Positions 52,977-64,000 are shown, counted from the first letter of the stretch. The stretch: DNA of 64,000 nt from Dudresnaya verticillata (GCA_977862235.1 OZ374557.1:1178001-1242000), one strand, 5' to 3'. The notes: generated from the letters alone by a model not told the origin. Program-made: numbers and translations.

Positions 52977-53434
52977 CCCTCCCACCCCAATTGAGGGGTG
53001 GCGTGCTCCTACGCCCGGACCAATTGTGGTCCAGGGGCGCTTGGCGATTGAGCCTTGGGAGCACTCAGGGTCCCCGATATAGACATATCTTCGAAAACCT
53101 TTACACGTAAAGGTGAGTTCTGGGCTTCTGTTTTAGCCACATAAATTTGCATTAGACATAGGCGGGAAGAATAATCGCGCGCAGGGCGGCAATTTCCGGG
53201 CCCAAAATCAGGCGCCAAAATCGTCGGGTAGAAATTGCACACTATGATAATCCTGAGGTGGGCAGATAAATCGGGCCCATGGCGGCAATTTCGGGGCGGG
53301 AAATCGTGCGCCAAATGGTCGGGTAGAAATTACCAATTGTGATAATCATCAGGCGGGATATAAGAGGCCACCGGTTGTGCCTTCCTTCCCCTCCCCTGCT
53401 CTGCTCACGAACGAACCTGACCGCGCAGCACCCT

Positions 53435-54043
53435 ATGGCGTCCTGGTTCGCTTGTGGACTCTTCTTCACTCAAATGGTAGCTTGCTACCACTCCTTCTTG
53501 CCGATTGACCCATGCGGCGGGCTACAAGACACCTATGTTGTGCCGGTCCGCAGCTTCGCGCTCAACCTTGCGGGGGAAACCCCAATGGGAGAGGTCCAAT
53601 TCCTTTACACCATCCAAACGTCGTATGGGTCGGGGCCCAAAAGGCTTCGTGCCGGGTCCCAGTTGCAAGTTGGGGGGCTTCAACCATCTTGGACGCTTGG
53701 GGTGTTGGCAACGTCTTCGTCTTGTTCGTGGGTATGCGAAACAATGCGAGACTTGCGGAAATGCCTCAGAATACTGACAGTTTCTTTCTTCTTTGCGCGA
53801 ACAGTAATGCAGTCATCTGCTATTTGCGAACGATCCACTGCTCCGGCTGAATGTTTAGCGAACCGGAAACAACAACTTCTCGCAACTGTGCTTGACTCAC
53901 CATCTTCGTCAAGCCATCAGCGATGTTGGAGCTACTGCGGACAAACCCGATGTCCGAGATCGTCTTATCGCGGAACCCTTCGCGTGCCGCAGCGATTTCA
54001 AGCATCATCCTCTTCTCAGATGTTCTGGAGCCTTTGGATATGA
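53435..54043 (+). CDS. Putative antisense ORF in the Copia 3' region (MASWFACGLFFTQM...)
   Basis: ATATAAG at 53358; N-terminal ~45 codons conserved with the copy at 24657. Confidence 0.45.
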   Translation: MASWFACGLFFTQMVACYHSFLPIDPCGGLQDTYVVPVRSFALNLAGETPMGEVQFLYTIQTSYGSGPKRLRAGSQLQVGGLQPSWTLGVLATSSSCSWVCETMRDLRKCLRILTVSFFFARTVMQSSAICERSTAPAECLANRKQQLLATVLDSPSSSSHQRCWSYCGQTRCPRSSYRGTLRVPQRFQASSSSQMFWSLWI

Positions 54044-57000
54044 CGTCAAAGAGACTCTTGCTGTCGGTTAGAAGTTGGACCGGGACAGTCTTGTTGAGAA
54101 GAACTCCAAGCTCAACTGTGATGGCGATGGCGATGTCGAACATGTCGGAGAATGCTATAACTTTCCCGGACACATTGCTGAGCGAGTCACCCGTCTTGAC
54201 TTGTACGACTTGAAGCTGACCGGGACTGAAGATCCACTGTCGTCAGTGAGAATCACAACGTGGCCAAGCTGGGAACTGAGATCCGTGTTGTTTGCGAAAG
54301 AGGCGTCCGAGAATCCAACCACCTTAATGGTGTCTGACTTCAACCGTGGGATGCGTAGGCGGACTCGATGATCAACAGCGTACGTTACAGCCTTGTTGAG
54401 ACGTCGGATGTTGGCTTGGACAATGTCCATTTCAACGTCGACGTTGCTTATGCCTGGTGGGGTCAACAGCGGTATGGAAATGCGACCGAGTGACTCGTAC
54501 GTGGCGTCGGCAAAACGAAACCTGTTGCGCGAGGGTATGAGTTCTCGGGAATGTATGCCTGCAGCAGTAAGGATGCGATGCATCTCTTTGCATCCTACGA
54601 CAGACTTTGGAGCCCCAATGTCCACACAGAAGCCAGCTGGTCTTGTATTCCGTATCTCCTTTCCAAGAGAACCAACGTGGATGTCTACCATGAATATGTC
54701 TGGTGGCTTGCTGGGTTGGGGTGGGTGGGAGTGCCTCGGGACTGCTTTACGATGATGCTTCTTCCATCGCTTGTTCGGTCGGCGACAAGGCTGAGGAATT
54801 ACATGCTCTTGTCGCCTATCCAAACATCCTGCGGCATACCAGCCGAGATGTGGTTGGTTACAATCTCCGCTTCCAAGTTCTCGATAGGGTCTACGAAGTT
54901 GGTCTGGATTCCGGTGTTGGCTAGAGCTGCGTCGAAGCGATCTAGTTCATACTCTGCTGGTTCACCATAGTGGACGTCTGCATCTTCCTGATCCTGACAA
55001 CTTGTGAGTTCCTCCTCCATGTCTCCGACAAGAGAAGCAACGATGTGCGTGGCATCTTCACCACGAGCAATACGGCCCCGGATGTTGGACTGTATGGCTC
55101 CTTTCGCGCAACGATGCCTTGGCTTCCAATTGCCAGCACCACAGCGAAAGCACTCATTGCGATGTCTAGCATCAGCGAATGTGCGTGCAGCATTGTTTCG
55201 TTGCTGGCTCCGAAGTTGTGCACCAGGGTTACCACCTTTAGAACCGTAGCGCGAGCGTTTGCGCGCGTTCCGACCATAGTGAAGCATATGAGTCTGGACA
55301 CTGTTGCTGTGCCGAAGGTTGTCTTCTTCGGTGAGTCCTGGGAAGGTAGACTGGCGCGCATCTCCACTTGTGAGCAACTCCAGCTGACGAAGATTCTGGA
55401 TGGACTCGTGAAGCGTGGTGACGAACGCGTTGAAGCTGTATCCTTGCGACGTGATGTTGTGTATCGGAATGCGGGACCATTCTTGGAACTCAATCACTGC
55501 TCGGCGGAGGTAGTCAACCTTATGAGCATCAGATCGAAAGTCCTTGGGGCATTGCGGTACAAGCTCGTTGATTGTCTCAACTAACTTCGTCAAGCCATGT
55601 GCGACATCAGAAATATCCTTCTTGGTCATGAAGGTCCGGAGACGAAGAGTCTCGAGAGTGCCTTTGACTTGGAGCTGACGAGCGTCGGAAACATGCTCCT
55701 TCATCATGACTTAGGTCTTCTCCTGATACGATATATCCTCTCGCGTGTGTTCAAAGTAGAACTTACGCGCAGCGCCATCGAATGCATGAACAAGAAGTTC
55801 TGCCTTGTGTGCCTGAGAGAGGTTGTACTGCTTTGAGCAGACTGCGTACAGCTTGAAGGTTTGATGGATGTCTTGAGCCAGGTGTCCGGAGAACTTATAT
55901 CCCTTGAACATCTGCTGGACATAGTTAACCTTGCGAGGATCATCGCGCTGGTCACGATCATTGTCGGCAGAGTAGCCTCGACGTTGATCTGGGAAGCAGG
56001 TGGGAGGGTTTCGACCTCGGTCGTTGTGACCTGCTCCATCTCCGAAGTTGTTCGGCGGGGGTCCCCTGTTAGGGCGATGAGAACCTCTTCCAAAACCTTG
56101 AAACGGCGGACCATGAGGCTGATCGCCACTACCGGGCTCGGGAGGTGACGGGCCGTACTTCTTTGGACCTTCGTTGGATCCATACCGATGCTGTACCATG
56201 TTCGGATAACCGTGATTCTCGTTGTTATGGGCTGGTGGGGCGCGCGGATAGTAACTCCCATCGGGGACGCCAGTTATCATGTGCGCGTCATCGTCATCCC
56301 GCGTTTGGGCATACGAGTTTGCAGCGGAGGGATACATCTGCTGCATGTTGTTGCCACGAACAAATTGGTTGTTTCCCGAGCGATGGCGGGGATGATCAGC
56401 GACGTTGGTGGTAACACCGTGAATTGTAACTTGGTTCTTGTCGACTCGGATATCTTGTTGCATCGGAGCTTATTGGTCTTGACGGGAGATGGTATCTTCT
56501 CTCTCCTCAGCAACTGAGCGTTTCACAGTATTATTCTGGAAAGGAAGGTGCATGAGTGGGTTCGGAGATCCACGACAAGCCTTGAACTGGCGTACAGCAT
56601 CGATGGAGAACTCAGCCGTCATCCAGTGAAGAAGCATAACCAAACGAGACTGACAAGTCCTTTGTTCTTCTGCTCAGTGTCTGAGAGGCTGAATTTGTCC
56701 CAATACTGTTGGGGGACATCATCAAACTCGTACAGTCGGGCCACCTCAAACAGACTGTTGACTGGGAAAGTAGGCACCTTGAAGAAGTCTTCTGTGAAGA
56801 TCTTCTTGGGCAGCGGTAGAAGCTCCATCGCAAATCTTGCGGCCATCTCGGTAGGAGGCTTGGCTTCCACTTCTTCGTAATCTCCTGCACCGCTCGCTGG
56901 GGCATCTGAAAGCGGGTAGGAAGAGAGAACAGAAATAGCAACGTTGATCAGCTTCTGCGAAAGGTCATCAGTAAGGTTAGAATTCCTCAGGCAGCGGATT

Positions 57001-57089
57001 AGGTTGGCAGCCTTCGTCTTGAACTCCTTTCTTGAGGTCTTCTTGTCTGCGGCCGAAGCCTTGGTATGACTGCGTGTGCTCGCAGTCAT
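53820..57089 (-). pseudogene. Copia polyprotein: gag, PR fused directly to RNase H
   Basis: CFRCGAGNWKPRHRC; FCVDIGAPKSVVG (PR); GFSDASFANN, LTDSKSLFD, NIADGLTK (RH); no IN or RT core motifs. Confidence 0.9.
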
Positions 57090-58504
57090 TTTTTTCGGAC
57101 GGTGTGGGTTACGATCGTAACAAAATCTTGAGCGACGAAGTCGGCGCGTGGAACCGGGTAGGAATCCGGATTGTCGTCCGTAGCCGGTCGACACGCGCGC
57201 GCGGCGTGAGAGTGGTGTACAATCACCGCTCTGCGGGCACGGCGCGCAGGGTCGCGGAACGCGGGGAAAGGGGCGCGAGCGGGGCGCGAGCGGAGCGAGC
57301 GGGTCAGAGAGGTGGGCGAGGTTTATCGAAGCAAGGGAAGAGGGCTACGGCAGACCACCGCGGCTGAAGCAACGGACGTTCTCGTCAACGCTGCTTACTC
57401 TTCTACTTCGATCGTGCTCTCGAGGAGCGGCGGTGGTCTGCAGTGGTCAGCGGGGCTTGAAGTAGCCCAACCAGTTGCAGTAGGACGCGCGCGGACGGCG
57501 CGTTGGTCGCCGACGGCGGGGGCACTGTAAGGTATCTTACAGTGCGACTCTGCGACAAAGATGGGTCCAAATCGACAGAGGACTCTGACCAGGCTTGCAA
57601 TCTCCGCTGCATAATACTGTACTACTGTACTGTACCTGTGCTCCCTAGGCCCCCAATAAAGCTCCAATCACGTACCTGTGCTCGCGAAGTAACACGAAGA
57701 AACCCAACTACTCTCGACTCAGAGTACTCTCATGTCAGCATTGGGCCAGACCCGATAGGATCAAGCCCCTCCGCAAACACCGATTTGTGGTTCTCATCAT
57801 CCCGTTCAAAATTTCGATTAGTCATGTACCACGTAGGTGGCTTTTGCCGCCACTACAGTCATCTCTCGATTAGTGAAACCCGTCATAACGGGAACCCCCC
57901 ATTACAGAAACCGAAACGGGTCTCCGCACTTGGGAGAAGCGAAATTATATCAAAAAAACAACAGTAGTTCCACTTTCGATATCTGAAACCGACATTTCAC
58001 GCCCGAGGGGCACCACTACAACGTTCATATTGTAAAAAACGACCGTTAAAGGCCTCCAGGCGATGATAACGACGGCGTTAGAGCTGAAATGTAGCCTTAT
58101 TTAACAGAAACGCCTTTCACGGCAACGCTAGAGTAGACTAACTCCCAGACACTCTACCATGACGCTTATCACCCTCACAATTCTCCAGAAAAATATATGC
58201 CAGCGAATTGCGGAGAGATATGGGGAGGACACGCCGCCCTTTAGACGTTGTATTGCGCAGACACAGCGGGCTGTTAAGGCGACGTCATGCACATCTGCCA
58301 GGCAGACTAGGATAGAGAACTACTTCCAGTAGATTTTTTAATTACTGTGCGGTATGAGGGTTGTTTACTCTCTTCAGGTTGATATTAAAATGTTTTCTAC
58401 CTTTTCCTAAGTGAAACCCCCTTATTAGAGGAACCAACTTGGGTCCACGGACTGGTTCCTCTTATCGAGAGATGACTGTACCTGTGATACAATCACCCCC
58501 CATT

Positions 58505-59592
58505 ATGCTACCATCCCCAGCATTCACGGTACCGGTGCCCAGAATGCCATTGTTCTCTGGCTCTACCCACCGCACCGCACCTAGTCGATCTTCGTCGCCG
58601 CACACCACGGCTGTCCTGCGTCGTGTGAAGAGAACACACCAAACCACTCCGGACCCAACGCTACAGGCACGTGCGCGCCGCGCTGCAAAGCTGTCTGCGG
58701 CACGGAAGACTCTGCGCAAGCGCCTCGGGGCCGAGCCGCCTGTCCTGTCCGCAGTCCCGTTGGCAGCAGTCGCGGACGACTCCGTCTCGGCAGACCTGGA
58801 GCACTGGCGCGCGGTGTTTTCCGCGCGCAATGAGATCACAATCAAGTGGCTTTGGCTCGTGGCTGCTGTGTCGCGCAAGGCCCACCGTACTTACGTGCAC
58901 GCATTTCCAGAGATGCGTGCCGCTCTCACCCTTGCCGGTCTCGCACAAGAGGGCGTCTGTGGCCTGCTCGGTGCGGTGGAACGGTGGGACCCGCACCGGG
59001 ATTATGTTTTCGACGCTTTCGCATTTTACAGCATCAAGCACGCTATATTGAGGGCAATTGAGAACCAAAGCAGGGTGATACGCCTTCCGGTGCACGTTCT
59101 GAATAAACTCTCCCGTATGCGAAAGATGAGAGAGAGCATTGCATACTACGATGTCAAGAAGTAACCAGCGTGGAGGAGGTTGCGCGAATGGCCGGTGTGG
59201 ACGTGGAAGAGGCAGAGCTTTACCTCGACCGAAGCAAGACCCTGACGAGTATCGATGCGCCGCTCTCTCGCCGGTGCCAGGATGGCTTTCATACAACACT
59301 GCGCGAGTTCCTCGTTGACCACTCGCAAGATGTTGCCAGACAGGTGGAGCGGGAGTGCACGCATGAGGCAGTTGCTGACCTGGTTCGTGCTACTAACTTG
59401 GAGGATCTGGAACGCTCTGTTGTGTTGCTCCAGTATGGCTTGAGAGATGTAGTTGAGAGGGTGTGCGCGGAGGTTAGCCGGATTCTGGATGTAAGAGTGG
59501 AGAAGGTCCGACGCGCTGAGCTAAGTGCTCTGAAAAAGCTCCGGGAGACTGTCGGGGATGATCTCGCAGCTTGGGCAGAGCTCACTTCCTGA
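58505..59592 (+). pseudogene. Nucleus-encoded plastid RNA polymerase sigma-70 factor, frameshifted near 59150 (pseudogene or assembly error)
   Basis: Region 2 LAQEGVCGLLGAVERWDP...AILRAIENQSRVIRLPVHV; region 3 VEEVARMAG...SIDAPL; region 4 ERSVVLLQYGL...EKVRRAELSALKKLR; Ser/Pro/Thr-rich N-terminus with PAF. Confidence 0.88.
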
Positions 59593-61054
59593 GTTCCTGA
59601 GGCTTACGAAGTCCCCGACTTCTGAAAGTCGGTGGTGTTTGGCGTCTTGCTGTTACGTTGTTCCAGATTGTACAGTACTACGTGTTTCTGCTTTCAACGC
59701 CCAAGGAATGGATGCGTTCCATAGACATTCAGGAAGACAATACTGTATGGATGTGCCTGCATGGGTAGGTTTCAAATAGAATCAGCTGCATTCCCGCTCC
59801 ATGAATCAAAGTTCTCCATTCAAAGTGAAATGGCACTCATTACCGCACTTCATTGAATTGTTCCTGTTGCGCAAGGTTCTAGCACGCTGTGGCTTCGGGA
59901 CAGTCGGGGCGAGGTTGCTGTTGGTGCACCGGTCAACATCTTGGTCACAAGGCCCTCTCTAGCTCCAGGCAAGCAAGCTCAGTGCTCAACACTTCTCAGC
60001 TGATGTGATACTATAGAAGCGTATCCCCTCCTAGCTACAGCCGGGAGCGGGACAAAACCGCCTACGGGACACAACCGCCTACAGATGGGATCCAGCCGTC
60101 AACGACGTACATTGCATGGCATCTATGACCCGAGTTAGTACTTCCCGTGCAGGCAAGCAAGTGGACATACGTTTGGAGCGCCATGGAATACTGTATCGTG
60201 TAGCGAAGCTCTTTACCGAGTGAAGACCGCCGAATGTCGTTGCGGAACTTCTGTGACCCGGACGCTGACCCGCTGCTCATCCCGACCCAGACCCTACGAA
60301 CAATGACCTGTCTGTTGCTGGTTAGGCGGACGGTGCCCCTATGGTTTTCCAATGACAGGGAGGCTCAGGTGCTCGCGCTGGGGGGAGGGCAAGTTGGACA
60401 GACTTGTACAGCTCTAAAGGACGTCGTACGCGCATATCTACATGTAAAGTATTATACTGTACTGTACAAAAGCAGGGAACTGAGAACCTCGGAAACAGTG
60501 GAGGCCGCCAGTGGTGTGCTTCTTGAGAGGAAACGGACATTTATTCGCACGGCTTCGGTGTGCGAGTAGGGCACGTTCAGCACCGTGGATATAACGCTAT
60601 AGCAAGTGGTTTTCCAGTGAAGTAGATATAACTGCGCAGGGAGGTACAGGAGCGTTACATGCGAAAACAGGCCGTTTATGAACAACCTCGCAAGGTACAC
60701 GGCAACGAAGGAGAGCCAATCATTGTATGCGCACGTATGCTGGAAATGAAACCTTTTTGTTTTGAGATAATGTCGCATTTAGTGGGGCGACAGGGTCCCA
60801 TTTTGTGGGAAACCGGGGGTGAAATCGGAACATTTGTTGCAATCAAAGGGCGACACATGCTGATTTGGATGAAGTACACATCCGACATTGCGTTTTTGGT
60901 TGGAAGTAGTATGGTGAAAATTTTCAAGCCCCATCCGACAAATCCGGTAACGACGGTGACATACATTGTTTTGTTCACGACGGGGGGTGACAATGCAACT
61001 TTTGTTTACTCAGAGGGGTGAAATCGGATACTAGAGCGCTACTCCAATGCAGTG

Positions 61055-63445
61055 CTACTCCGCGGTATCCCCGTACAACTGCTTCAGAGGGCAATCTTTC
61101 ACAGTGTGGTCAGTGAGACGACAGAGAGAGCAGCTGTACACGCGCTTTTTCTTCGCAGCAGGGCCTTTCTCGTACCAGTTCTTCTTACGCTTCCCGGCGT
61201 TCTTGACCGGGCGGTCACGGGGTGGCGGTAAGGCTTTGGGAATCTGGAGGTTTGCCCTCTTTGCGACAAGCAGCTTCGCATTACTTATAACCTCATCCAC
61301 GGAGAGTTGGGAGGGAAGGAAGCTTATACTCCACGTTCTCGTATTGTTTCACCCACGCTGCAGAAAGATGCCTACTGTCAATAAAGCGATGCAGGTTTCC
61401 TACTCCGTGCTTCTCAACAATAACAGCACCTCCGTGCCAACATGGGAATCCCGATCCATTTGTGGAATACGCACAGCATAGTGACGGCGTCTGACGGTTT
61501 CTGCTGAGTGCCACATGGCGCAGAACTGTACCATTCTGCTGACTTGCCACAGTAGCTTCCATTTGCGACGTTCCATCCACAAATCTAACAGATGCCTGAT
61601 ACACACGAGCCCGTTGCGCCAAACGAGCGAGGTGCTTTTCCGTCCCAGCTGGGACGGAAAAGCACCTCGCTCGATCGAATGTTGTTCCTGAGATCTGCAG
61701 ACATCTGGCTCTCCGCTCCTTGAGATGTCGTTACCAGGTCCTTAAGTTTCGAAAACGCCCTATACAGCTCGCAGTCCGGGAAGCGGCTGAGATAGTCCTT
61801 TTATTTCTTTGAAAACTCTCCCTTGATGGTGTTCACTTCTCTTCTTGAAGGAGCACGAATGGCGCGTTCGTACAAACGAATCCCCTGCGCTTTATCGGAT
61901 CCCGGCAGCGCAGACATGTTCTTCTTCACATGAAGCGGATAGAGGAACACGAACACGGCGGCGTTATTCATAACCTCTCAATACGCGGCGTCGATGGACT
62001 TCTCTTGATCCACGATTGTCACCCCCTTCTCGATATCGAAGCCCTCAATGTCAACACATGGCTTAAAACGCTCGTCCACGACGCGATGTCTTCTGGTCCG
62101 ACGAAGTGCGCGAAAACTATTGTACACAGTTGATGATTCGCATCGTACCCTACGACTTGAAAACTCGTTCCGTATGACGGGTAGCCGACGCTGTCGCAGT
62201 GTGTTGCATCTTCAGTCGCGGTGAGCCGTCCATTCGCGCAGTAGCTCTTCGCTATCGAGGGCACGAATATCAGACCACCGTAGTATCGTGCGTCGTCTTC
62301 AATGTCAGACACATCCACGTCTTCTGCATCGAAAACAGCATCCTTGGGAATGTCACCCCCTTCTTGCACTGCTCGAAGATAGGACGGGCAGACTTCCGCC
62401 GTGTTTCCTTCATCTCCGTCCCTTCGCAAATTATCACTTCAACTTCATGCCCCGCTCTTTTCAGCAAATCGGCGTACTCTTCCAATGCAGCCATGTCAAC
62501 CGCCCGAGAGACCGTAAAATGCCGAAGAAGCTCTCTTCGAACACTGCGGTAGTGACTGTACGGCGGTTAACGAAAATAGATGCGCTTGGCACGAACCACA
62601 GACTCAATAATCTTGCATGTTGAATTCGGGTCATGGTCGTGCATGTCCTCTAGAAATGCCCTCCCCACTTGCTGAGGGGCGTATGCCGGGGCGCAGGACG
62701 AAGAACGAGACGAGATCTTCATTGGACTCTCAGCGACGTGTTGCCCGAGACATTCATTGAGGTGCTCCTGGTACTTATTGAGCTTCCAAAGCCCCGTCTT
62801 CGGCTGACAATCGAACAAGAATGTCGCCGGACACCCCTCGGTACGACAACTCATGCGTACTTTGGCGGCAGTCTGGTGAAGATTAACACCCCGCTGGACG
62901 CCAAGGTTCGCTGTATGAGCTCGGATAAGCTGCTCACATCTCCACCGAGCGTTTAGCGCGATCCCAACCTTCACGTGCACATCCACAATTCCTCGTGGCT
63001 TCCAGGTCATTGCGGCCAACCGTTCCGCCCGCAGAGCTTCCCTGGCACGATGCATAGCCCGGCGCTTCGATTGCCGCTTCTGTATGGCACGGCGTTCCTT
63101 CTTATCCAGCCCTTCCGGAATTGGGTCTTCAGCAGCAGGCTCTTCTATGTCGTCTTCCTCGACCTCAATGGCAATGTATGACATCGGGTCGAACTCCTGG
63201 TCAGAGTTGTCGTCATCCTCGGAAAAGTCATTGATGTCGTCGGCACCTCCCTCGTCAGCACCAACTTCTTCGATTTCATCCTCACTGAGGGGCGCATTAC
63301 TGCCATGACCTCCTCCTTGGCTTCCCACGTTGTCGCACCCCCTACGCACACCATCACCAGATCCGGGGGGTCCGGTTTTGTCGCCCTCCCCATGGGCAGT
63401 GCACTGCACTAGGCAGTGCACTGCCCATGGGGAGGGCGACAACAC
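61055..63445 (-). pseudogene. Mutator-like (MULE) transposase, decayed
   Basis: CRTEGCP...W...H..C DNA-binding motif; DATHC...VGYDANHQL...FAHFVGPED..SW catalytic core; SWIM-like CC...GFPCWH; C-terminal CSLCRLTDHTVKDCP. Confidence 0.85.
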
Positions 63446-63613
63446 CGCATGCGGTCTTCGTCCGGCTCGAGTTGTTCCCCGATGCCAGACTCGCGAATGC
63501 CCTCTCCGTTTGGCGGCCCGACCTGTTCGTCGAGGCCAGAGTCGGGCGACGCCAAGATTGAACTTCGAACACGTTGCACTTGTTCGAACCTCTCCCGTGC
63601 CTGCCTATCCCTC

Positions 63614-64000
63614 TCAGCCCTCTCCCTCTCCCAAGTCCCCCGGTCTAACCGCGCCTCTCTTTCCCTTTCCTGGGCAACCCTCTCTTTCCAATCGCGCAGC
63701 CCCTTCTCTTTCTAAGCGCGCCGCCTCCCGCTCAGCAGTCTCGCGTTCCACGCGCACAATCTCCCGTTCCAAACGTGCCGCCTCCCTCCGAGCCCTTTCC
63801 TCCTCAGCCTCCCTACGAGCCCTTTCCTCCTCAGCCTCCCTACGAGCCCTTTCCTCCTCGGCTCTCTGCTTCTCAGTCCTCTCCCCTTCCAACCGCTGTG
63901 CCCTCTCCCGTTCCAACTTCTCTTCTTGCTCCGGTTGTCGCTTCTCCTGCTCCTCCTCTTCCTGTCGTTGCTTGTCCTCCTCCTCCCGCCATCGCAGCTC
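63614..64000 (-). repeat. Glu/Arg/Ala-rich coiled-coil coding repeat (27-bp unit, EAEEERARR), open to the window edge
   Basis: Tandem CCCTACGAGCCCTTTCCTCCTCAGCCT at ~63785-63860; may be the N-terminal part of the MULE ORF. Confidence 0.65.

Larger units (their letters stand above)
47600..53100 (+). mobile_element. Tyrosine-recombinase retrotransposon (DIRS/Ngaro/VIPER-like); ends approximate
   Basis: Gag-like, RT-RH and YR ORFs in series; no DDE integrase or protease. Confidence 0.88.
47039..57577 (-). mobile_element. Ty1/Copia element, non-autonomous (IN and RT deleted), containing a YR retroelement
   Basis: LTRs 47039-47535 and 57172-57577 (TGTCG...CGACA); TSD GAGGA at 47034-47038 and 57578-57582; minus-strand PPT AGGGGGAG at 47536-47543. 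Confidence 0.93.

Noticed and set aside
53820..53822. Stop-codon readthrough into an env-like ORF after Copia pol
   Set aside because: TAG CAG ATG does not match CARYYA and the frame closes after 17 codons
47039..57577. The 47039 and 57172 repeats as split direct repeats of the YR element
   Set aside because: They have TG...CA ends, a minus-strand PPT and a 5-bp TSD, so they are Copia LTRs
59161..59168. GTAACCAG as a micro-intron restoring the sigma frame
   Set aside because: Removal restores the frame, but 8 nt is far too short for a spliceosomal intron; a 1-bp indel is simpler
58439..59592. Bacterial contamination or recent horizontal transfer of a sigma gene
   Set aside because: Transit-peptide-like N-terminus and eukaryotic TE flanks fit the normal nucleus-encoded plastid sigma family
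59600..61050. Gene or MULE terminal inverted repeat downstream of sigma
   Set aside because: ORFs lack recognisable motifs; GGGGTGAAATCGGA repeats near 60816 and 61015 may be subterminal, but no partner TIR is found in the window

Overview
Eukaryotic, transposon-dense window, most likely from a red alga. That is an inference from a nucleus-encoded plastid-type sigma-70 factor with a transit-peptide-like N-terminus and from the TE families present. Left to right: (A) a minus-strand chromodomain Ty3/Gypsy element (1-~9039) whose gag is split by a solo LTR; the 3' remnant of a second Gypsy family (B, 9040-11094) inserted in a PIF/Harbinger-like transposase remnant; (C) a minus-strand, RT/RH-deleted chromo-Gypsy (~12740-24040); a decayed Copia 3' end (24051-25450); an LTR remnant plus a decayed ORF (25550-29120); (D) a near-complete plus-strand Gypsy of the same family as A (30926-44812) containing a family-B solo LTR; a third solo LTR (45146-46004); a complete LTR-to-LTR Copia (47039-57577, TSD GAGGA) that has lost IN and RT and contains a tyrosine-recombinase (DIRS/Ngaro-like) retroelement; a frameshifted, divergent sigma-70 gene (58505-59592); and a decayed MULE transposase (61055-64000). 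The most notable pattern is that the retroelements carry antisense accessory genes in their 3' regions. Three such ORFs in or beside Gypsy-type sequence share an ungapped motif of unknown function, and two Copia copies share an antisense TATA-ATG-(intron) unit. All alignments were done by eye and no database searches were run.
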